Assembly: GCA_052035095.1 (NCBI GenBank)
Contig: JBPOHW010000008.1
Span: 3,060-67,059, forward strand
DNA from: Candidatus Moraniibacteriota bacterium
GTDB taxonomy: Bacteria > Patescibacteriota > Minisyncoccia > Moranbacterales > UBA1568
Reading direction: 5' to 3'
Length of the DNA stretch: 64,000 bases
A program made the position numbers and the translations under genes. The notes below the pieces were generated by a model. That model ran no database searches and was not told the origin of the DNA. It saw only the letters and a list, made by a program, of their open reading frames with translations. Positions 17,319-24,889 of this stretch are shown here, piece after piece (the stretch's first letter is position 1; each line of letters begins with the position of its first letter).

Positions 17319-19151
17319 TTAAAATCTCTCCAATAACTTAGTGAAAAGTGTTCCTACATTGGTAGTTGTTGTGCTACTTAAGTTTATCTGACTACTATCC
17401 TTCTGGCATTCTTCCAGAAACTTCTTGGCAAGCAATACTTTATCTAGCTTACTTTTTTTGATATACGTGGAATTAGATTCAGCGTAAGACTTACTTTCGT
17501 CTTTGAGTACGAATTTCTTAAAGTCTTCTAGTGAAAAAACATCTTCTATACTTCCCTCAGATTCTAATACAGCCAAAATTAAATCCTTAGTTACTAACCA
17601 AGTATCTTTCAAATTTCTCTCCCCATCTCTTTTCCCCTGATCTTTATCGTATAGGTATAAAACTTTTGTACCCCAGCCATGCAGGATAGTTCCAACGAAA
17701 GGCATATTCCCAGCTCCGCCACCAAAGATAAAGTTTAACTTATTTTCATTCATCAGTTTTTTAAATGCGTTTAAGTAATAAAGATCTGATGGACCTTCGA
17801 CTACTACGTTATTAACTTTATCCAAGGAAGCAACACCGGAGTTTAATTCTAGACCTATAGCCGTCAGGATGGGGGTTAATGTTTCTTTGTCTGCTAAAGC
17901 ATGAACTTTATTTTCAATTTTTGTGCCAGACTTTTTTGTTCGATGGATTAGTCTAATCTGATTTAGTTTATCTGCTTCCAAAAGATAGGGTGAGTGTGTA
18001 GAGAATACTAACTGCACTTCCTCTGCCGAGGCCTCAAGTTTTCTTAAAATATCCTCCTGTGCTTTTGCGTGTAGAAATAATCCAGGCTCATCTATCAAGA
18101 TGATATTTGGAACATCCTCACTTGCACGTGCAGACACTTTAATATAAAAGGCTAGATGCCACTGCCGTCCCTTACTCCTCAAGCTTGGTTCATACAAATG
18201 CCCGTCTTCTTCAACCCAAAAGTAAACATCTTCTGAATCCCAATCTACGCTTAAGTTAGTAATGTCTTGAGTCCAGAATTTCTCGTAGTCTTTATTTATT
18301 TTGATGTTCAAATCCTTCTTGTGTTTTTGTTTATCACGGGCTTGAGAATTTTTGATTGTATCTACGTCTAGGTTGCTTATGACTGCTAAATCTTGAACCC
18401 ATTTGTTAGTTTCAAGCTCTGCAAACGGTATTTTATTTGGAAAAACATCTTCAAATGAATTAAAGAATACAAAATTTGGTATCCATTTTTTGAGAGCTTC
18501 TAAGAATTTGGTCTCTGAATTAATTAATTTTTCAGCACCATCCATATCTCCGCCGATCTCCGATAATAATTTCAAAAAAATACCACCATCTTTTTCATCT
18601 ATCTGCGCAACATTAGGTGAGGTAGCAGTTTGAAATGTGTTAAATAAGGCCTTACTATTTTCAAAATTAGAAAATTCAAAATCAAACAAAGTCCCTCCTA
18701 ATTGCGTATGCTTTACATGTAGTCCTTTTATTTTGTCCCACTTATTTATGATTGATTTCTCCAGTCTCTCCAAATCATTTTTTCCAAAAATATCATCCTC
18801 TAGAGTTTCTTTCCCGAACCTATAACTATCTGGAAAAGTCTTAATAACCTCGAGCTCGATATTTTTAGTAGCCTTCTTTGTACTAGCTATTTTTTCTAGT
18901 ATATTTTTGAGAATAGATGCCTCAACTACAAAAGTTACGGAAATTTCTGGTATTGCCTCAGGTGTTTTTATTGGAATAGCAGATTCTCTAATTTTCTTTT
19001 CCGTATCAAAATCTTCTAAAGCCTCGAGAATTGAGGTTTTACCTGATTCATTTTTTCCAGCAAGGATCGTAACTGTATCAGTTAGATAACAATCGCCACT
19101 GTCGGTTATGGATTTAAAATTCTTAATCCGAAATTTCTTAAGCTTTAGCAT
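17319..19151 (-). CDS. OLD-family / PARIS-like ABC-ATPase plus TOPRIM nuclease
   Basis: N-terminal ABC ATPase (Walker A AGKNESGKTS; ILIDEPGLFLH Walker B/D-loop). C-terminal TOPRIM (VVVEGPSDLYYL, FGGGAGN, LYLYDKD = DxD). 610 aa, AT-rich. Confidence 0.8.
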   Translation of the reverse strand: MLKLKKFRIKNFKSITDSGDCYLTDTVTILAGKNESGKTSILEALEDFDTEKKIRESAIPIKTPEAIPEISVTFVVEASILKNILEKIASTKKATKNIELEVIKTFPDSYRFGKETLEDDIFGKNDLERLEKSIINKWDKIKGLHVKHTQLGGTLFDFEFSNFENSKALFNTFQTATSPNVAQIDEKDGGIFLKLLSEIGGDMDGAEKLINSETKFLEALKKWIPNFVFFNSFEDVFPNKIPFAELETNKWVQDLAVISNLDVDTIKNSQARDKQKHKKDLNIKINKDYEKFWTQDITNLSVDWDSEDVYFWVEEDGHLYEPSLRSKGRQWHLAFYIKVSARASEDVPNIILIDEPGLFLHAKAQEDILRKLEASAEEVQLVFSTHSPYLLEADKLNQIRLIHRTKKSGTKIENKVHALADKETLTPILTAIGLELNSGVASLDKVNNVVVEGPSDLYYLNAFKKLMNENKLNFIFGGGAGNMPFVGTILHGWGTKVLYLYDKDQGKRDGERNLKDTWLVTKDLILAVLESEGSIEDVFSLEDFKKFVLKDESKSYAESNSTYIKKSKLDKVLLAKKFLEECQKDSSQINLSSTTTTNVGTLFTKLLERF

Positions 19152-19345
19152 ATCTATCCTTTATTAAACTCTTATTAGCATCCTGATCAGCTAGCTTCTT
19201 TGAAGAAAAAAATAAGTAAATCCAGCAAGGCTATCCAGCCACATTCCCATTTCTTCTTTACCTGCTTTGACCCCGCAGTTTTTCTCAAAGTATTCCTGGC
19301 CTCTCTTAATCAATCCCTCGGAAAACTTTTGAGCTGACATAAGGA

Positions 19346-19567
19346 TTACTTCAAAAAGTGTTCGACACTTTTACCGTACAGTTGGGCAAATTTCTTTACT
19401 TCCAAGATATCGAGACGATATTCACCGGATTCGACACGAGAAATGTAGGACTGCGGACGCTTCATTTTCTTGGCAACATCAACTTGCCTGAGTCCAGCCT
19501 CGTGCCTCGCTTTGATCATCCTTTCGATGAAAATGGCGTATTCTTTTGTGCGGATTGTTCTTCCCAT
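19346..19567 (-). CDS. XRE-family HTH transcriptional regulator
   Basis: 73 aa; QVDVAKKMKRPQSYISRVESGE is a canonical XRE/Cro helix-turn-helix. Confidence 0.75.
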   Translation of the reverse strand: MGRTIRTKEYAIFIERMIKARHEAGLRQVDVAKKMKRPQSYISRVESGEYRLDILEVKKFAQLYGKSVEHFLK

Positions 19568-19635
19568 ATACTACAAACGTATATACGGGAAATCAAGAAA
19601 AAGCAGTCTCTCGTGAGACTGCTCGTTCCGTCGTG

Positions 19636-19709
19636 CGGGGACGACCGGGCTCGAACCGGCGACCTTCTGCGTGACAGGCAGACGCTCTAACCAACTGAGC
19701 TACGCCCCC
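19636..19709 (-). tRNA. tRNA-Asp (GTC)
   Basis: Cloverleaf: GGGGGCG acceptor, GCTC-AGTTGGTTA-GAGC D arm, anticodon loop CTGTCAC, T loop TTCGAGC, discriminator G. Confidence 0.9.
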
Positions 19710-19740
19710 AAACATTCAATTTTTTCTCTCTGATTTTCCT

Positions 19741-19828
19741 TTGGTACCAGGGGCGAGATTCGAACTCTTGATCCGCCTCAGGCGGACTTATGCGTTCAAT
19801 ATCCCACCTTACCCCCGTACCATTTTTG
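19741..19828 (-). pseudogene. degenerate tRNA-like fragment (3' half shared with the disrupted tRNA at 19955-20058)
   Basis: Contains CATAAGTCCGCCTGAGGCGGATCAAGAGTTCGAATCTCG, 39/40 identical to the 3' half of the neighbouring tRNA-like copy. 5' half unrelated, T stem mismatched, ends form an 11-bp inverted repeat. Confidence 0.5.
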
Positions 19829-19902
19829 TAGCAGGGGCGAGATTCGAACTCGCGACCTACGGCTTATGAGTCCGTCGCTCTAACCAACTGAGCTACCCTG
19901 CC
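19829..19902 (-). tRNA. tRNA-Met (CAT), elongator-type or Ile2-type
   Basis: GGCAGGG acceptor, anticodon loop CTCATAA, T arm GCGAG-TTCGAAT-CTCGC, discriminator A. Confidence 0.85.
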
Positions 19903-19954
19903 GTAAAAATGGTACAGAATAAGTTTACATTACCCTGATAAAGCTGACTGGGGA

Positions 19955-20058
19955 AATACTCTCACCGAGATTCGAACTCTCGATCCGCCTCAGGCGGACT
20001 TATGAGTCCCGTGCTCCCTGCCTGCCGGCAGGCAGGTAACCAACTGAGCTACCCTGGC
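19955..20058 (-). pseudogene. tRNA-like gene (CAT anticodon loop) disrupted by a 20-bp perfect palindrome in the D-loop
   Basis: GCCAGGG-TA-GCTC-AGTTGGTTA-[CCTGCCTGCCGGCAGGCAGG]-GAGC, then CGGGA-CTCATAA-GTCCG. 3' acceptor strand cannot pair and the T stem is non-canonical. Confidence 0.55.
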
Positions 20059-20211
20059 AAAAAGTACCATATCGATTGGAAAGAAACAAGGGCGGGAAAA
20101 GAACCGCTCTCCCAAGAGCTTACCAGAAAGCCACAATTCTTTCAAGGGAACCTCGCCTTCAAAAGAAAGCGCCTCCTCAAAATCAAAGGAAGCGCGATAA
20201 CTCCGGAAAGG

Positions 20212-20532
20212 CTAGAGCGAAACATTCAAAACTTCCCGTTCAATACTCGGAATGAGGCTGAGAAATACTTCTCTAAAAGGCTCTCCTTCCCTCTCAGCCA
20301 AAGCAAAAATCGAATCAAGCTCTTCGGAAAGTTTCAGTTGCCGAGCCGCTTTCTCTCGTGGGAGTGAAATTGCACGGCGAATTGACACAAACCGCTTCGC
20401 CAAATCGACAAGCATTTCTCCTTGTTGGAGGGAAAGCCCATTGTTCTCAACCAGCGAAAAAACCATCGATCGCACCCTTTGATCGGACAGGACTCTCCCG
20501 TGAAGCACCCTATTCAAGCTTAACGCTGTCAT
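20212..20532 (-). CDS. hypothetical protein
   Basis: 106 aa ORF between the tRNA cluster and the HD gene; no motif. Competing + strand ORF at 20002-20367. Confidence 0.25.
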   Translation of the reverse strand: MTALSLNRVLHGRVLSDQRVRSMVFSLVENNGLSLQQGEMLVDLAKRFVSIRRAISLPREKAARQLKLSEELDSIFALAEREGEPFREVFLSLIPSIEREVLNVSL

Positions 20533-20585
20533 ACCAACCTCCTCTTGTAAACATTAAAGAACGAATTCCACCACCGTATTGATCG

Positions 20586-21998
20586 TCAAGACGCCTCCGC
20601 CATTTTCCTCAAAAGAGCAATATCATTTTTTATATCCGAAAGAATGTTTTTCACTTCGCTACGAACAAACTCCACAACCTCCCTTGCAAGGAGAACGTCG
20701 CCGCCGCTTTCCCTGACTCTTACTTGCCACTTTTCAAGGGCTTCCGGAAGTGAGAGATTCTCATCGTCCTCTATTTCCGATTCTTTGTCAATATCCACAG
20801 GACCGGTGTGCCCAAGTCCCTCTCTCGATATTTCATCTATCATACAAAGAGCCGCTACTTGGGAATTGAACGCCCGCGGCTCCCGCCGCACATCGCCCGC
20901 AATGATGGCAAGCGTCTTTTCAAGAGAATTTGCAAGTTTATACGATCGCGTCGACGAGGATATCGCCTCAAACTCATCGCAGAACCGTATAAGTGAAGGA
21001 GCAATGTTGGGTATGTCCGGATCGGCATGGTGGTGGTGTGCCGCAAGCATCACCTGAAATTCAGAATACCCGTACTTCTCAAGAATAGGTTGCGATTTCT
21101 CCTCGTGAGCATCGAGAATCTCCCGCAAAGTCATCTGTCCCGAAAAGCCGACGCGTTCCAAACGTCCTATCCGAATTTGAACCCACGAATCCTCTTCATT
21201 TTGAAGGCGAGTAGCTTGCTCCGCGTCGGTATCTCCCGCCATATCGGGATGCTGTTTCCGATACTCCAAGCGAAAGAGTGTCTCCGCAGGCATAAACATA
21301 TTCACCCGTTTTCCGGAAAAGGTGGAGCGAACTGTTTCTTCGGAAACTTCAGGAGAAAGCGGCTCTTCCAAAGAAGCAGTTGCTCGATCATGTGCCCTTC
21401 CCGCTTTCGAAAGAATTTCCCGGGCAAAATCCCGTTCATTTTTTTTCTCGCTCTCGCAACACCGGACAAGATACGCTTCACTCTCGGAATCGCGTACGGA
21501 ATTTTCTATGACATCGGCGGTGATATTAAGTTTCCCAATATCATGCACAACGGCAACTCGAAGAATCTCCTTCATAACCTCATCCTCACCCTTTCCGGAT
21601 TCCCGCCCAAGCGGGGCGGCTATCGACTCAAGTGTCCGCCCTCCCGCCGAAAAAATTCGTTCAAATTTTTCGAGCGCCAACCGAAACGTACGCAATGAAT
21701 GAGAGAAGAGAATCTTTCGATCATCATCATACAGCCATATATAGTCGAGGAGCTTCCAGTCTTTTTGCTCGAGAACGCCTTCAAGGGCGAGAACGTACTT
21801 TTCCGGAAGAATATCTTGCTCTCGAATATACCGCTTCATATGCTCGATAAACTCCGGATGCTCACTTACCGCTCTTTCCACCGCGGGAAGATCTCCCTCC
21901 GCCGCAATCGCATGAGTCTTCCGTTCCGCATCCTCCAATAAACCTGAAGCTTCTCCCTTTCCATCACGCGCTTTGAAAGACAGCTTCTCGACCGCCAT
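20586..21998 (-). CDS. HD-domain phosphohydrolase
   Basis: VVHDIGK and AAHHHHADPD motifs typical of the HD/HD-GYP superfamily. Start trimmed to MAVEKLS, which has a GGAGG RBS. Confidence 0.7.
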   Translation of the reverse strand: MAVEKLSFKARDGKGEASGLLEDAERKTHAIAAEGDLPAVERAVSEHPEFIEHMKRYIREQDILPEKYVLALEGVLEQKDWKLLDYIWLYDDDRKILFSHSLRTFRLALEKFERIFSAGGRTLESIAAPLGRESGKGEDEVMKEILRVAVVHDIGKLNITADVIENSVRDSESEAYLVRCCESEKKNERDFAREILSKAGRAHDRATASLEEPLSPEVSEETVRSTFSGKRVNMFMPAETLFRLEYRKQHPDMAGDTDAEQATRLQNEEDSWVQIRIGRLERVGFSGQMTLREILDAHEEKSQPILEKYGYSEFQVMLAAHHHHADPDIPNIAPSLIRFCDEFEAISSSTRSYKLANSLEKTLAIIAGDVRREPRAFNSQVAALCMIDEISREGLGHTGPVDIDKESEIEDDENLSLPEALEKWQVRVRESGGDVLLAREVVEFVRSEVKNILSDIKNDIALLRKMAEAS

Positions 21999-22146
21999 GT
22001 CCGATCCGCCTCCGCCGGTTCTCGCGCCGCCGGTTTCCTCCAAATTCGGCTGTTCCCAAAAACGAAACATACTCGTAACAAAAAAGCGATACACCCCCAG
22101 TGTACCGCCCTTCTTCTTTCCATTCAAGGCACGTCGCTCGCTTGCC

Positions 22147-22206
22147 ACGTCGTTGCACGAACGACGGTGGCGAGCGACGTCGTTGCACGAACGACGGTGG
22201 CGAGCG
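22147..22206. repeat. perfect 30-bp tandem duplication (ACGTCGTTGCACGAACGACGGTGGCGAGCG x2), each with an internal hairpin
   Basis: Direct tandem copies at 22147-22176 and 22177-22206. GTCGTT-GCACG-AACGAC hairpin in each copy. Flanking ACGTCGCTCGC pairs with GCGAGCGACGT. Confidence 0.85.
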
Positions 22207-22244
22207 ACGTGCCAAGGCATCAGCACCGGAAAAATTCCGCAACG

Positions 22245-24065
22245 CTATTTATCCTCCCCCTCATCCAAAAAGCTCCCCGTCTGCCGATTCCACAAGCTCG
22301 CGTAGAGTCCGTTCTTCGCGAGGAGTTCGTCGTGCTTCCCTTCTTCTTCAATCTTTCCATCGCGATTCATGACAACGATGCGGTCGAGCTTCCGGATCGT
22401 GCTCAAACGATGCGCGATGACAACCGCCGTCTTGCCGCTCATCAAATCGTCAAGCGCTTCCTGTATCGCGTGTTCGCTCTCCGAATCGAGCGAACTCGTC
22501 GCCTCATCGAGCACCAAAATTTCCGCATCCTTCAAAATGGCGCGAGCAATGGCAATGCGTTGACGTTCGCCGCCCGAGAGTTTCACCCCGCGCTCGCCAA
22601 CCAAAGTGTCGTACCCCTTGGGAAGGCGCGTGATAAAATCGTGCGCTTCGGCTTTCTTCGCCGCCGTGACAATGTCTTCATCCGACGCTTCCGGTTTGCC
22701 ATAGGCGATATTCTCGCGAATCGAACGATGAAAGAGAAGTGGCTCCTGCGGCACATAGGCGATATGCGAGCGGAGCTCATCCTGGCGAATACTTCGAATA
22801 TCCTGCCCGTCAATCGTGATCGCCCCCGTCTGCGGATCCGCGAATCGCAAGAGGAGTTTCGTCACCGTCGTCTTCCCCGCGCCCGATGGCCCCACGAGTC
22901 CCACCTTCTCTCCGTCTCGAATCGCGAGTGAAAAGTTTTGAAACACATCCTCGCCGTCCGAATACTTGAACGACACGTCGCGAAACTCAATCCGCCCATC
23001 CTTTATCCGATCCGCCTCCGGCTCTTCGGGATCGAGAATATCAATCGGTGTCTCGAAAACCTCAATCATTTCGGAAGCTGCTGCGGATGTTCGAAGGATC
23101 TGCGATGCCGATCGCGTGAGTTGCCACATGATGCCGAAAATATTCAGAAGATATGTCTGCACCAAAACCACGGTCCCCGCGGTAATTTCACCGCGAAGCC
23201 AAAGCCACACCGAAAGAGATAAGCCGGAAAACTGTAACAGGATTGCCAATCCATTCTGTACGGCACTCATAAGAATAAACGCCTTCCATGCCTCGCTTCG
23301 CGCTCGCTCTTGAGTGTTCGCGTATTCCCGAAATGAAGATTTTTCTCGACTATGAGCCGAGAAAACCTTCACGGTGAGAATATTTGTGAGCACATCCGAC
23401 AACCGACCGGTTATCTTGGAATCCTCGGCGGATTCAATATCATTGAATCTCCATCGCCGTTTCAAAAGCGGAATACTCGCCAACACAACCACAATCATGC
23501 TTCCCAAAAAAAGAAAAGCGAGAAGTGGCGAAAAGAAAAAAATGCCAAAAAAAGTTCCAAAAAGTATAAGACCATTCATCCACAAAGAAAAAGTTATCGT
23601 GTCCTGTAAATCCGAAAGTCCGTGCACGAATCGACCGGACTGCGATACCAAACTTCCGGAAAATCGATTTGCAAAAAATGCATACGAATGTTTCTGAAGT
23701 CTTTCAAATGTAAAGCATGCAAGATCGCGTTGCGCGCGACTCTGCGCAAAAAAATACAAAAAATCTCCGACACGAAAGACAACGTACTGAAAAAGAAACA
23801 ATCCTCCAAGTACGGAAATCCAAAACCATACTTCTTCGCGACCAGTCAGTGAATCGCCGGAAATGATATCCACGATATTTTTGTACACGATCGGCGGCAA
23901 GATATCGACACACACAATCCCTATCCCATAACACAGAAGTCCGCCCAAAAACCGCCATCGGTATTTCCCGACGACCTTCCAGTACCACGACACGATCTTC
24001 CGGATCGGCATCAACTTTTTTGCCTCCGGTTTTTCTTGCTCATTCATAAATGCATACACTACCAC
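22245..24065 (-). CDS. ABC exporter, fused permease and ATPase (MsbA/multidrug type)
   Basis: Six TM helices followed by an NBD: Walker A GPSGAGKTT, signature LSGGERQRIAIARA, Walker B ILVLDEATS. Confidence 0.85.
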   Translation of the reverse strand: MVVYAFMNEQEKPEAKKLMPIRKIVSWYWKVVGKYRWRFLGGLLCYGIGIVCVDILPPIVYKNIVDIISGDSLTGREEVWFWISVLGGLFLFQYVVFRVGDFLYFFAQSRAQRDLACFTFERLQKHSYAFFANRFSGSLVSQSGRFVHGLSDLQDTITFSLWMNGLILFGTFFGIFFFSPLLAFLFLGSMIVVVLASIPLLKRRWRFNDIESAEDSKITGRLSDVLTNILTVKVFSAHSREKSSFREYANTQERARSEAWKAFILMSAVQNGLAILLQFSGLSLSVWLWLRGEITAGTVVLVQTYLLNIFGIMWQLTRSASQILRTSAAASEMIEVFETPIDILDPEEPEADRIKDGRIEFRDVSFKYSDGEDVFQNFSLAIRDGEKVGLVGPSGAGKTTVTKLLLRFADPQTGAITIDGQDIRSIRQDELRSHIAYVPQEPLLFHRSIRENIAYGKPEASDEDIVTAAKKAEAHDFITRLPKGYDTLVGERGVKLSGGERQRIAIARAILKDAEILVLDEATSSLDSESEHAIQEALDDLMSGKTAVVIAHRLSTIRKLDRIVVMNRDGKIEEEGKHDELLAKNGLYASLWNRQTGSFLDEGEDK

Positions 24066-24211
24066 AGACGAAACATCCCCATCAGAAGACGGGGATATTC
24101 CAAAAACAGATTTTCATGTGTTGCGGGGGCAGGATTTGCCCCGTCATTCGACGGGGCATCCCGTCGAATGACGGGATGAACCTTCCGTAAACCAAGATCT
24201 TCTTCCCAATG

Positions 24212-24285
24212 TTGCGGGGGTGGGATTTGAACCCACGGCCTCCTGGTTATGAGCCAGGCGAGCTGCCAGACTGCTCCACCCCGCG
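24212..24285 (-). tRNA. initiator tRNA-fMet (CAT)
   Basis: CGCGGGGTGGAGCAG 5' end identical to E. coli tRNA-fMet; C1-A72 mismatch pattern; anticodon loop CTCATAA; T loop TTCAAAT. Confidence 0.9.
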
Positions 24286-24537
24286 ATAAAGAATGCTTCG
24301 AAATCCATTTCCTCCCTTGAGACTTTTCAAGTATATTTCTCTCCTTCTTGCGTCGGAGTAATTCTCATAATCCTCTCGATAAACCAACTTCCAATTCTTT
24401 CCGCCCTTTGTCCATCGAGACTTCCCTGCGTTGTGGAAAGAAATCCTCTTTTCTACATCGGCGGAAATACCGATATAAAAACGACCAGCACTTGATTGTA
24501 TCACATACACACTAAAAGGAAGACTCGTGTCAAACAT
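24247..24537 (-). CDS. GIY-YIG nuclease-domain protein (YhbQ-like)
   Basis: VYVIQS..GRFYIGIS.D..KR...HN.G pattern. Its last 39 nt overlap the tRNA-fMet gene on the same strand. Confidence 0.65.
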   Translation of the reverse strand: MFDTSLPFSVYVIQSSAGRFYIGISADVEKRISFHNAGKSRWTKGGKNWKLVYREDYENYSDARRREIYLKSLKGGNGFRSILYRGVEQSGSSPGS

Positions 24538-24576
24538 ACATCACAATGACCTCATAAGCCAGTCCCACCGGGGCGG

Positions 24577-24600
24577 GACAGACTACTCCACCCCGCGATA
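24577..24600 (-). pseudogene. duplicated 5' fragment of tRNA-fMet (about 24 bp, 1 mismatch)
   Basis: GACTACTCCACCCCGCGATA versus the tRNA 5' region GACTGCTCCACCCCGCGATA at 24267-24290. Confidence 0.5.
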
Positions 24601-24671
24601 TTTTAGCTGCTCCTTTCCACAGCGGTATGTGTCTTTCAACAGTACAAGTATTCCACTCTCACGTCAACCAG

Positions 24672-24745
24672 TGGGTGATCGAGGACTCGAACCTCGGACC
24701 TCGACATTATCAGTGTCGCGCTCTAACCACCTGAGCTAATCACCC
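24672..24745 (-). tRNA. tRNA-Ile (GAT)
   Basis: GGGTGAT acceptor perfectly paired with ATCACCC; anticodon loop CTGATAA; T loop TTCGAGT; discriminator A. Confidence 0.9.
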
Positions 24746-24889
24746 AAAGAAAACCCATCGAAACATTCCGGTTCCTCAAGAAGAATCCTATCAAAAAGAC
24801 TCAAAAAGAGCAAGACGCTTGCCAACAAAGAGAAAATATGCCAGGCTCTTCGTAGCAAGTCCTTTTCCAACCAACAAGAGGAAGTAAGA

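Noticed and set aside
20002-20367. + strand 121-aa ORF overlapping the last tRNA-like copy and the 20212-20532 minus ORF
   Set aside because: Starts inside the tRNA-like sequence; no motif; neither this nor the opposing ORF is convincing, so only the minus one is listed at low confidence.
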